Assembly (NCBI GenBank): GCA_963790205.1
Contig: CAWBNQ010000003.1
Span: 192,001 to 256,000, forward strand
Source: Nitrospirota bacterium
GTDB lineage: Bacteria > Nitrospirota > UBA9217
Direction of reading: 5' to 3'
Length of the DNA stretch: 64,000 nucleotides
In this document: piece after piece, positions 20,432-29,380 of the stretch
How the letters are laid out: each line of letters begins with the position of its first letter
Numbering within the stretch: position 1 is the first letter of the stretch
Translations under genes and position numbers: made by a program
Notes under the pieces: model-generated
Database searches by the model: none
What the model was told of the DNA's origin: nothing
What the model saw: the letters and a program-made list of their open reading frames with translations, nothing else

Positions 20432-20920
20432 TTGAAAAATAAATACCCCTGGGTTGGCTCGATCATCGGCGTTGTCCTGGTCCTCGACCAGTTCACGAAA
20501 TACATCGTTGAAAAACGTATCCCTCTGTACGACGTCATCCCGGTCCTCCCGGGATTTTTCAACCTCACCCATGTGCGGAACAAGGGCGCGGCGTTCAGCC
20601 TCTTCTCCACCATGCCCGACGGGTTCCGGAGCGCCTTCTTCATCACGGTCACGCTGGCGGCCGTGGCGGTGCTTGCCGTGCTCATCATCAAGACCCGCGA
20701 ACGTTTGCTGGTGATTGCTTTCTCGCTCATTGCCGGCGGGGCAGTGGGCAACGTGATCGACCGCATACGGTTCGGCGAGGTGGTCGATTTCATCCAGTGG
20801 TACGTGAAATCCTACTACTGGCCGTCGTTCAACGTGGCCGACTCGGCCATTTCGATCGGCGTCGGGCTTCTGGCGATCGACATGCTGTTCAGGAAGCAGG
20901 ACGGCGTAAAGCAGGCGTAG
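20432..20920 (+). CDS. lspA: Lipoprotein signal peptidase II
   Basis: LDQFTK, RNKGAAFS, GGAVGNVIDR, VVDFI, FNVADSAI. Confidence 0.96.
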   Translation: MKNKYPWVGSIIGVVLVLDQFTKYIVEKRIPLYDVIPVLPGFFNLTHVRNKGAAFSLFSTMPDGFRSAFFITVTLAAVAVLAVLIIKTRERLLVIAFSLIAGGAVGNVIDRIRFGEVVDFIQWYVKSYYWPSFNVADSAISIGVGLLAIDMLFRKQDGVKQA

Positions 20921-20932
20921 ATGAATTTAACG

Positions 20933-20988
20933 AAGGTTAAGGTTGAGGCTGAGAATGCCGGTTCCAACTCAGCCTTAGCCTCAACCTG
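20933..20988. repeat. Two-armed 6-mer repeat (AGGTTA AGGTTG AGGCTG ... CTCAGC CTTAGC CTCAAC)
   Basis: Intergenic between lspA and lgt. The arms are reverse-complementary. Confidence 0.72.
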
Positions 20989-21006
20989 AATTCCATGAGG
21001 TGAACC

Positions 21007-21807
21007 ATGCATCCCATATTATTTGAAATACCCCGCATGGACTTCGGCAGCTGGACCATCGGTCCGATCCCGATCAGGATGTACGGCCTGATGATCGGCA
21101 TCGGTTTTCTGCTCGGCATTTATCTCGCAGCGCGCCGCGCGAAGAAGGAAGGCATCAACCCGGAGCTCATCCTCGACCTGGGCGTTTACCTGCTTCTCGC
21201 GGCCATCATCGGGTCGCGCGTCCTGTATGTACTGACCACGTTGCAGGAGTTTACCGGGAAGCCGCTCGATATATTCGCGATCTGGAAGGGCGGGCTCGTG
21301 TTCTACGGCGGCGTGATCGCGGCCGTGCCCGTGGGCATCTGGTATGTCAAAAAACACGATCTGCCCGTGTGGCAGACAGCGGACATTATCGCCCCCTACG
21401 CCGCGCTCGGTCACGCGTTCGGCAGGCTCGGCTGCTTCTTTGCCGGCTGCTGTTACGGCGCGCCGTGCAGCGGGCCGGTCTGCATTACCTTCAGCGATCC
21501 CCACTCGCTCGCGCCGCTGGGCGTGCCGCTTTTCCCCTCCCAGCTCATGGAGTCCGGCGGCGAGTTTCTCATCTTCGGCCTGCTCCTTTTCCTCCGGCAA
21601 TATAAAAAGTCCGACGGCCAGCTCTTCTGGCTCTACCTGGTCCTCTATGCCGTCCTGCGGTTTACCCTCGAGTTTTTCCGCGGAGATGCGGACCGGGGGG
21701 TATATTTCGGCGGCGTGATCTCAACTTCCCAGATCATTGCGATCGGGATGTTCGTCTTCTCACTGTTCATGCTGTGGAGACTGCGCAGCAACGCCAGTGC
21801 AAAATGA
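21007..21807 (+). CDS. lgt: Prolipoprotein diacylglyceryl transferase
   Basis: IRMYG, GSRVLYV, WKGGLVFYGG, GRLGCFFAGCCYG, PSQLME, RFTLEFFRGD. Confidence 0.96.
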   Translation: MHPILFEIPRMDFGSWTIGPIPIRMYGLMIGIGFLLGIYLAARRAKKEGINPELILDLGVYLLLAAIIGSRVLYVLTTLQEFTGKPLDIFAIWKGGLVFYGGVIAAVPVGIWYVKKHDLPVWQTADIIAPYAALGHAFGRLGCFFAGCCYGAPCSGPVCITFSDPHSLAPLGVPLFPSQLMESGGEFLIFGLLLFLRQYKKSDGQLFWLYLVLYAVLRFTLEFFRGDADRGVYFGGVISTSQIIAIGMFVFSLFMLWRLRSNASAK

Positions 21808-21878
21808 AAAATGTAAATTGCAAAATGAGTTAAAGCCATAATTTTCAATTTACACCTTGAAATTCATCCTTTGCATTC
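21797..21878. repeat. Two-armed 7-mer repeat (AAAATGA AAAATGT AAATTGC ... ATTTTCA ATTTACA CTTTGCA)
   Basis: Spans the lgt stop and the lgt-rluD gap. Confidence 0.7.
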
Positions 21879-21889
21879 GCTGACCTCCT

Positions 21890-22846
21890 ATGCCACTCGT
21901 CACCCATACCGTTAGCGACAGCCATGCCGGCAAGCGCCTCGACCTGTTCATCCGGCATCACGAGGCGTACAGCTCCCGGAACCGCATCCAGACCCTGATC
22001 AGGGACGGCCGCGCCCTCGTGAACGGCAAGACCGAGAAGCCGGGATACAAGGTCAAGGCCGGCGACAAGGTCACGCTCGAGCTTCCCGAACGATTGGTCC
22101 GCGAGGTCCTGCCCGAGAACATCCCCCTCAAGGTCGTATTCGAGGACGACCACATGATCGTATTGAACAAGCCGCCGGGTCTCGTGGTCCATCCCGCGCC
22201 GGGCAATTACACCGGCACGCTCGTGAATGCGCTGCTCTATCACTACGGGAGCCTGCCGTCGCCGGGCACGGGGAGAGGGGACGCAGAAGGGAGCGGGCGC
22301 GAGCGCGCGGGCATTGTGCACCGGCTCGACAAGGATACCTCGGGCGTCATGGTCGTGGCCCGGACACAGGAGGCGCTCAAGGCGCTCACCGCCCAGTTCA
22401 AGAACCGCGTCGTTCAGAAGCGCTATGTCGCGCTCGTCTCGGGCGTGATCAAGAAAGGTTCCGGGACCATCGAGGCCGGTCTCGGCAGACACGTGAAAGA
22501 GCGGAAGAAGATCAGCGTGCACACGCACAAGGCGCGCGAGGCGGTCACGCTCTACAAAGTCAAAGAGCGCTTCAAAAATGCGACCCTCGTGGAGGTGGAG
22601 ATCAAGACCGGACGCACGCACCAGATCCGGGTGCACATGGCCCATATCGGTTATCCGGTCCTGGGCGACCGGGTCTACGGCGGCGCAAAGGCCGCGAAGC
22701 TCGACGATATCGTGATCCCCCGACAGATGCTCCATGCCGAGTCCCTCTCCCTGCTCCATCCCGAAACACGTCAACCCATGACGTTCTCCGTTCCGCCGCC
22801 CCGGGATATGGCGGAGGAGATCGATCGATTGAGAGCGACGAAATGA
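21890..22846 (+). CDS. rluD: RluA-family pseudouridine synthase with S4 domain
   Basis: S4 domain (KRLDLF...SRNRIQ), NKPPGLVVHP, HRLDKDTSG, GRTHQIRVH. Confidence 0.9.
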   Translation: MPLVTHTVSDSHAGKRLDLFIRHHEAYSSRNRIQTLIRDGRALVNGKTEKPGYKVKAGDKVTLELPERLVREVLPENIPLKVVFEDDHMIVLNKPPGLVVHPAPGNYTGTLVNALLYHYGSLPSPGTGRGDAEGSGRERAGIVHRLDKDTSGVMVVARTQEALKALTAQFKNRVVQKRYVALVSGVIKKGSGTIEAGLGRHVKERKKISVHTHKAREAVTLYKVKERFKNATLVEVEIKTGRTHQIRVHMAHIGYPVLGDRVYGGAKAAKLDDIVIPRQMLHAESLSLLHPETRQPMTFSVPPPRDMAEEIDRLRATK

Positions 22847-22976
22847 CGGGGTCCTTGCACCAGTACAAGTGCTCGCACCTGTCAACGTTCATTTTGGCCT
22901 TGATTTTTTCCAGCTACCTGCTATATTTTCGTCGTGTACCGTTCAAGCAGCGGAAGGTGAAGCCAGGGGGCACAAC

Positions 22977-23951
22977 ATGCAACGCAAGGTTTGTTACAAG
23001 GTATCAATCTCCATGGGTCTGCTTATGGCGGCGGCACTCGTTTTTGCGGGCCCGGGCCTGAGCGAGGAGCAGCAACAACAGAGCCGGGCGCCGGAGCCGG
23101 AATTGGTGATCGCACAATATGGTTCCGTCGAGATAAAGACCCCGGTCCCCGGCGCCAGGGTTTACATCGATGACATCAATAAAGGCAACGCGGACGACGT
23201 GATAGAAAGCATTGTCGTCGGCCAGCATGTGATTTCCTGCCGGACCGACAAGGGGGAAGTTTCGGGCACCTTTCAGATTAAAAAGAACGAAACGCTCCGG
23301 CTGGAGGCGCGCTTTGACGAGGGAAAGCTCGTTCTGTTCAAACAGCCCCCGAAAGTCGAACTAGTGAAGGCTGAGGTCGAAAAAAAGAAGCCGGGGCCGG
23401 GGAAACAGGGGAAACCGAAACAACCGCCCGTGGAACCGAAAAGAGCTGAACAGACAAGCCCCCAGGAAGAGCGGCGCAGGACGCACCTCAATGTCATGAG
23501 GATCGACTATGAGGTCACCGCTGCGCAGGACCTGAAAGTCGACCATGCGGCGCCGCCCGTGATCACTAAATATAAGTTCAAGAAGGACAAGGCTGGCAAG
23601 TATTACCGAACGAAGCAGGGGATCGTGCTCTGCGATGCCGGCCCCTGCGAATTGACCTGGTCCGCATCCTTTATCTATACCGACGAGACCGGCAAAGCGG
23701 ACGCGCTGCTCCTTAACTGGAAGGAGATCGTATTCAACGGGATCACGCCGGCGGGCACCAGCAAACAGGAGCTCGAATGCTGTTTGAACGGGAAGTGCAG
23801 GAAGATGGAGGACAATACCGCGACCGACACCACGCAGGATTACGAGGTAGGGAGATACCAGTTGAGCTGGACAAAGACCTCGGTGCTCGTCCGACGCGCC
23901 GATATCATGCAGGAAATTACGGCTGCCGGACGGTCCCTTGCGGATTATTAA
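22977..23951 (+). CDS. Exported PEGA-like domain protein
   Basis: Signal peptide. GSVEIKTPVPGARVYIDD...VGQHVI PEGA-like segment, then a Pro/Lys linker. Confidence 0.6.
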   Translation: MQRKVCYKVSISMGLLMAAALVFAGPGLSEEQQQQSRAPEPELVIAQYGSVEIKTPVPGARVYIDDINKGNADDVIESIVVGQHVISCRTDKGEVSGTFQIKKNETLRLEARFDEGKLVLFKQPPKVELVKAEVEKKKPGPGKQGKPKQPPVEPKRAEQTSPQEERRRTHLNVMRIDYEVTAAQDLKVDHAAPPVITKYKFKKDKAGKYYRTKQGIVLCDAGPCELTWSASFIYTDETGKADALLLNWKEIVFNGITPAGTSKQELECCLNGKCRKMEDNTATDTTQDYEVGRYQLSWTKTSVLVRRADIMQEITAAGRSLADY

Positions 23952-24009
23952 GCGGTAATCTGTCTTGCCGCACAAAAAAAACCGCCTTGAGTCAAAAGGG
24001 GGGATGCTC

Positions 24010-24405
24010 ATGAAAGAACTCAGACGTCACGTGAGACTGCCGCAGGGAAGGACGAACGGCATCGTCATGCGAATCGCGAAATTCGGGACCCTGGACAAAG
24101 TCGATCTGAACATCCGCGCTGTTGATATCGGCGAGGGAGGGGTAGGCATTGAGGCCGATGTTCCCCTGGAGCCGGGTTTCGTGTGGTTCCGGGACAATGC
24201 GGGAGGTCACAAAGGCGGCGCGGTGGTTTGGACCACGGTACTTGAGAACAACACCTGCCGGGCAGGCATAAAGTTCATCCCCCTCGGTCCCGGCCAGGAG
24301 CTCGCGGCGCATGCAAGCGCGGCTCATCCTTATCCCCCGTCATGCCGTGCGCCCGAACTTGTCGCCTGCATGCTCGTGGACGAGGGCCCCACGAGGGAAG
24401 GCTGA
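24010..24405 (+). CDS. PilZ-domain protein
   Basis: RRHVR (RxxxR) and DIGEGG (DxSxxG-like) motifs, then VVWT..AGIKF. Confidence 0.7.
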   Translation: MKELRRHVRLPQGRTNGIVMRIAKFGTLDKVDLNIRAVDIGEGGVGIEADVPLEPGFVWFRDNAGGHKGGAVVWTTVLENNTCRAGIKFIPLGPGQELAAHASAAHPYPPSCRAPELVACMLVDEGPTREG

Positions 24406-24721
24406 TCTCTCACGAAGAGAACGGGCAAACCGTTCTTAATAAAAAGCACTTCATGAAGTCCCTCCCGATTTTCAACGCCGGTGGGGATTTTGTTTTTCAG
24501 GATGTCAGCGGCCCGCCGCGACGCATGCAGAGGATAGCCTGCCGCGCAGTTTCGAGGAATGACAACAATACAACATTGGTCCGATTGACACGCATAGTGC
24601 CGATGCTAGACTGTATGTAAGAGAACCGTGGGGTCGGCATTTATTCAACACGATAGAGCACAAAATAACTAAATATTGCGCTTATCTATCCCGGCAGAAA
24701 AATACTTTATGGGCGCATTTT

Positions 24722-24761
24722 CAAAAACGCCTTTTCCGGAATTACGGAAAAGGCGTTTTTG
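24722..24761. terminator. Strong hairpin / probable intrinsic terminator upstream of the DUF302 gene
   Basis: 17-bp perfect inverted repeat CAAAAACGCCTTTTCCG-gaatta-CGGAAAAGGCGTTTTTG. Confidence 0.6.
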
Positions 24762-24827
24762 TTTTACGGCATTCGGAAGTTTGTCAGAACACCTGTTCTG
24801 CCGTTTACAACTGAAGGGAGGCAAAAC

Positions 24828-25310
24828 ATGAACAAGAACGCGCTTTACGCATTCGGCGGCATGGCGGCTGGCATGATTCTTACGGGGCTCATCGTGTGGT
24901 TCGCCATGCCTTCCGTGATGGTGGTGAAGCATAGGAGCTCCCAGAACTACGACAAGACCGTCGCGGCCTTGAGCGAAGCTATTGCACGTAAGCAGGATTG
25001 GCGGGTGCTGGCAGTGAACGACTATCAGAAGAGCACGGCGGCCTTCGGCTCTCTTGAGCGGGTCGGCAGCATTGCCGTCTGCAATCCGCGGTACGCGGCG
25101 AAGGTCCTGGCGAACGACAAGGACCGGGGAGTCACGGCCTTCATGCCGCTGGGGATCGGCGTTTACGAGGACAAACAGGGCCATGTCTTCATCGCGAGCC
25201 TCAACGTCACGCTCATGGGCAAAATGTTCGGCGGCACCATCGCCGAGGTGATGGGCAAAAACGCCGGTAAGGACCTTAGTGACGTGATAGCATCCGTAGC
25301 TTCAGACTGA
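24828..25310 (+). CDS. DUF302-domain protein
   Basis: N-terminal TM. VCNPRYAAKVL...FMPLGIGVYEDKQG. GGGAGG RBS. Confidence 0.8.
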   Translation: MNKNALYAFGGMAAGMILTGLIVWFAMPSVMVVKHRSSQNYDKTVAALSEAIARKQDWRVLAVNDYQKSTAAFGSLERVGSIAVCNPRYAAKVLANDKDRGVTAFMPLGIGVYEDKQGHVFIASLNVTLMGKMFGGTIAEVMGKNAGKDLSDVIASVASD

Positions 25311-25544
25311 CAAGGCAACACGGTCCGGTCTTTGATGATGACAGGATGAAGAGAGAAGGGGCGTTTTTCCTCCAAGGCCTTCCGTATCCCGATTGAAGCA
25401 GGGTCTTCCCCGCAAAAAGGTCAGTCAACCGAGGGTCGTTGTCTCCAGGGTTGCCTTCTCAATTGACAAACTGACGAGTATACGGAAAGGCTGTTCCATC
25501 CATCCTTCTCAGCTTTCGATGCTGGGGGGGCTTTTTTCAGGATG

Positions 25545-26612
25545 TCAGCGGTCCGTCAGAGCGGACGATGCCGCCCGGAGCTGGCCGCAGGCGGCATTGA
25601 TGTCCCCGCCCCGGCTGTTCCTGACCACGGCCACGAAGCCGTGCCTGAGCAGAATGTTCCTGAATTCGTAGACCCGTTCTTCGTCGGGCCGCTCAAAGGC
25701 CGCGCCCGGGAAGGGGTTGAACATGAGGACGTTGATCATGCAGGGAAGTCCGCTCAAAAGGTCCATGAGCCGGGCGGCGTCCTTGTCCGAATCGTTTACG
25801 CCTTTCAAGAGAGCATACTCGATGGTCACCGAGTTGGCCGTGGCAGCGCAGTAATAATGAAGCGCCTGGATCAGTCGCGCGAGAGGATATGCCCGGTTCA
25901 CCGGCATGATCCGGTCGCGCTCCTTGTCCGTGGTCGCGTTCAGCGAGACCGCGAGGCTTGCGTCCATTTCCGGGTCGTCGGCCATCCGCTCTATCGCCGG
26001 CGCGAGACCGCAGGTCGAGATCGTCACTTTCTTGTTCGAGAACCCCATCCCGTTCCGGTCCGTCGCTATCTGAATAAAAGACCTCACTGCTTCGTAATTG
26101 GCGAGCGGCTCGCCGGTCCCCATGAGCACGATGTTCGTGACCGGCTTCGCGGAGATTTTTTGTGCGGCGAAGACCTGGTTCACGAGTTCGGCAGGAGTGA
26201 GGTGCCTGACAAGTCCTGTTGCTCCGGTGCGACAGAAGCCGCAGCCCGAGGCGCAACCCACCTGCGAAGAGACGCAAAGCGTGAGCCTGCCCGGCCCGGG
26301 GATGAGCACGCCTTCGACCGCGTTGCCGTCATCCAGCCGGTAGAGCAGTTTTTTCGTTCCGTCGTCGGAGGCCAGGCACTGCCCGATAACGAGCTGTGTT
26401 ATCGTGCAGTGTCGTTTCAGCTGTTCGCGGAGGGGCCGGTTCAAATCAATCATGGAATCGAAGTCCTCGATCCTCTTCCGGAAGAGCCGTATTGCCACAC
26501 GCGTTCCCTGGCCGGGTTTCTGTCCCAAATGCCTGAAGCAGAACTGTTCGATCTCCTGCGGTGTGAGGCCCGTGAGGTCGATAAGCTCGTCGTTACCGGT
26601 ATCGTGCATCAT
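25545..26612 (-). CDS. rlmN: RlmN-like radical SAM RNA methyltransferase
   Basis: TLCVSSQVGCASGCGFC, MGTGEP, SLNA, IEYALL, RGGDINAACGQL. Confidence 0.9.
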   Translation of the reverse strand: MMHDTGNDELIDLTGLTPQEIEQFCFRHLGQKPGQGTRVAIRLFRKRIEDFDSMIDLNRPLREQLKRHCTITQLVIGQCLASDDGTKKLLYRLDDGNAVEGVLIPGPGRLTLCVSSQVGCASGCGFCRTGATGLVRHLTPAELVNQVFAAQKISAKPVTNIVLMGTGEPLANYEAVRSFIQIATDRNGMGFSNKKVTISTCGLAPAIERMADDPEMDASLAVSLNATTDKERDRIMPVNRAYPLARLIQALHYYCAATANSVTIEYALLKGVNDSDKDAARLMDLLSGLPCMINVLMFNPFPGAAFERPDEERVYEFRNILLRHGFVAVVRNSRGGDINAACGQLRAASSALTDR

Positions 26613-26724
26613 ATGCGCTCTCTCCTGCCTCCGGCATAAATTGTAAGCCCTCGCCGGGAGGATTGCAACAAGATTTGAGGAAAGAATTTGACAGGATGAA
26701 ACCGCCGTGCTATTTATAGTAACC

Positions 26725-27222
26725 ATGAAAGCGCTGCTCCAGAGGGTTACCGACGCCCGTGTCGAGGCCGGCGGCCGGGTCGCCGGCAAAATCGGCAAGG
26801 GCCTCCTCATCTTTCTGTGCGCAATGAAAGGGGACATGGACAGGGACCTCGATTATCTTGTTAAGAAAGTTTCAGCGCTCAGGATCTTCGCGGATGACCA
26901 GGGCAAGATGAACCTCTCGGTTGCGGAGGTCAAAGGAGAGGTCCTCGCGGTCTCCCAGTTTACGCTCGCCGCGTCCACGCGGAAGGGGAACCGCCCTTCC
27001 TTTGACGAAGCCGAGGGGCCGGCGCGGGCGAAGGCGATGTATGACGAATTCGTCCGGAGACTCGAGGAAACAGGACTCACGGTCCGGACCGGCGTGTTTG
27101 CGGCGGCCATGACCGTCTCGCTCACCAACGACGGGCCGGTGACGATCATGGTCGATTCAAGAGAGCGACGCATGACCGCCGAGGGCGCGGAGAGACAGGA
27201 AGAGAAGGGCCCGCGACCATGA
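26725..27222 (+). CDS. dtd: D-aminoacyl-tRNA deacylase
   Basis: MKALLQRV, SQFTL, GNRPSF, NDGPVT. Confidence 0.96.
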   Translation: MKALLQRVTDARVEAGGRVAGKIGKGLLIFLCAMKGDMDRDLDYLVKKVSALRIFADDQGKMNLSVAEVKGEVLAVSQFTLAASTRKGNRPSFDEAEGPARAKAMYDEFVRRLEETGLTVRTGVFAAAMTVSLTNDGPVTIMVDSRERRMTAEGAERQEEKGPRP

Positions 27223-28058
27223 AACAACGGATCGTTCTTCTGCTTGCGGTCCTCAGCCTTTTTTTCTCAGGCTGCACCTATCTTTTTTTCAGGCCCGGCA
27301 AGGCCTTCGTCGACAGTCCCGACGTTCGGGCCCTCTCACCGCAGGACATCTATTTTAAATCGATCGACGGCCTCACGCTCCACGGATGGTACTTCCGGGG
27401 ACAAGGCACAGAACCGCGCGGCACCATCCTCGTTTGCCACGGCAACGTGGAGAACATCAGCACGCATGTCAAGCTCGACCTCTGGCTCATCCGGGAAGGG
27501 TACAATCTTTTTATCTTCGACTACCGGGGATACGGGAGGTCGAAGGGCGAGCCGACGGTGGAGGGGATCCACCTCGATGCCGAGGCCGCGCTCGAAAAAC
27601 TGCTCACGCTGCCCGGCGTGCACGGCCGTATCATCGTCTTTGGACAGAGCCTCGGCGGAGCGGTGGCAATCTACACTACGGCGCATACGCCGTACAAAGT
27701 CCGGATCAAAGGGCTCATCGTGGAGAGCGCCTTCGCCGATTACCGGATGATGGCGCGCCGGGAGATCGCCCGGACGGTCCTGGGCTGGCCGGTGCAATAT
27801 CCGCTCTCGTTCCTGGTCAATGACGATTACAGTCCGCTGAAGTGGATCAAGAAGGTTTCTCCGGTGCCAGTGCTCATTATGCACGGGACCGGGGACCCCA
27901 TCGTCCCTGTTGAGCACGGCCGTCTTCTTTTTGCGGAAGCCCTTTCTCCCAAGGAGTACTGGGAACTGCCCGGCCTGGGGCACGTGAAGTCCTGGACCGA
28001 CGGGGCGACGAGAAAGAGGCTTTTGGCCTGGCTCGCCGCACTTCCCCGCGCCCGTTGA
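27219..28058 (+). CDS. Alpha/beta-hydrolase lipoprotein
   Basis: Lipobox FSGC. HGNVEN, DYRGYG, GQSLG, HGTGD, catalytic His in LGH. Confidence 0.88.
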   Translation: MKQRIVLLLAVLSLFFSGCTYLFFRPGKAFVDSPDVRALSPQDIYFKSIDGLTLHGWYFRGQGTEPRGTILVCHGNVENISTHVKLDLWLIREGYNLFIFDYRGYGRSKGEPTVEGIHLDAEAALEKLLTLPGVHGRIIVFGQSLGGAVAIYTTAHTPYKVRIKGLIVESAFADYRMMARREIARTVLGWPVQYPLSFLVNDDYSPLKWIKKVSPVPVLIMHGTGDPIVPVEHGRLLFAEALSPKEYWELPGLGHVKSWTDGATRKRLLAWLAALPRAR

Positions 28059-28127
28059 ACAGCCCGCGCGGCGGACCGCGGACATCTCATCCAGCACGGC
28101 AAAACTGAAAGGCCGGATAAAACACCC

Positions 28128-28156
28128 TTGACAATCTCGGGCTTAAACCTTATTAT
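28128..28156 (+). promoter_or_regulatory. sigma70-type promoter of tRNA-Leu
   Basis: TTGACA-17 bp-TATTAT. Confidence 0.7.
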
Positions 28157-28165
28157 GTCCACCGG

Positions 28166-28252
28166 GCCGAAGTGGTGGAACTGGTAGACGCGCTGCGTTC
28201 AGGGCGCAGTGGGAGCAATCCCGTGGGGGTTCGAGTCCCCCCTTCGGCACCA
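28166..28252 (+). tRNA. tRNA-Leu (anticodon CAG)
   Basis: GCCGAAG/CTTCGGC acceptor stem, D-loop GGAACTGGTAGAC, anticodon arm CTGCG-TTCAGGG-CGCAG, long variable arm, GTTCGAG T-loop, encoded CCA. Confidence 0.97.
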
Positions 28253-29350
28253 TATTGAGGTACACACCCTTTCGGGCTCATAGCCCGGAAGGATATAGTC
28301 AATTTCCCTCGGTCGCGGTGTATCAAAGAAATAACACCGCGCCACACCCTCCTCGCGCAAAATTTCAATCCTATCAAGGAAGTACCCGATTGAAGTCTTT
28401 TGCTCGCCCGGCGTCCGGCCTTTGAGGATATCACCGGCCTTCTTCAAAGCTCTTGAGTACTCGTTTACGAGAAGCAGGACTTTGCTCGGCTGCTGCTTGA
28501 TATTCTCATACTTCACAAGTTCTTTTTTCAGCCTTTCTCGTGACTCCTCTGATTCTAACAACCGATCGGCCAAACTTTGCGATCTTGATCCGGTAAAGAT
28601 AAGCGCATCCTGAGTTTTGGATATTTCTGCGTCAAGGTCTTTAAGTTTCTTTTTGAGGGCAGGATAAGCGCTTTCCGTTTCCCGTTCCAGGCAAATCAAT
28701 TTATCTTTGAGGATTTCCTTGAACCGCTCGACGTACCTGTCATTATCAAGCATCTTCTGAATCTCGGCTATTACGAAATCCTCGATGCCGATCATATTAC
28801 CTTTGGTGTTTTTCAATATGTTGAGCGATTTGCAAACGCGATAATTCTTGTACCCAGAGTCAACGTAATAATGGTATAGAGTACCCATGCCGTTCCTGAC
28901 CTTTCGTCCTTGAAACTTGTGGCCACAACTTTTACAGATAATCTTTCCGGACAGAAGGTACTCGGTGCGCATACCATTGCACGCTCCGAATTCGCGAGAG
29001 TGCATCTGAACTTGAACTCTGTCAAATAGGTCGGTTGATATGATCGGCTCGTGTGCAGCCTGGCAGATAACCTTTTCTTTGACTATTTTTGACCATTTGC
29101 CGCCGTAAAGTCGCTCGCCGATGTATGAACGGTTAATAAGCATTGCCCGGAGAGTATCGACTCCCCACCGGCCACCCTTGGGTGACGGTATTTTTTCATC
29201 ATTGAGGACTTTGCAGAGTGCTTTTAATCCCTTGCTACCCTCAGCATAGAGATAGAATATCCTTCTAACGAGGGCAACATCCGAAGGATCGCCGGGAACC
29301 CACTTCACCCAATGATTTTTAATCGCTTTACGTTCACCAGGTTTCAATCG
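28199..29350 (-). pseudogene. Large serine recombinase, recombinase + zinc-ribbon domains only (catalytic N-terminus lost at the IS junction)
   Basis: VRRIFYLY, HEPIISTDLFDRVQ, YLLSGKIICKSCG and a coiled coil. No resolvase domain or start codon context before the IS end. Confidence 0.82.
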
Positions 29351-29380
29351 TGTGCACGCTAGCAGTTTATGATAAAAATC

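Noticed and set aside
25545..26612. Cfr-type antibiotic resistance methyltransferase
   Set aside because: The GEP motif and housekeeping context fit RlmN. Phylogeny would be needed to claim otherwise.
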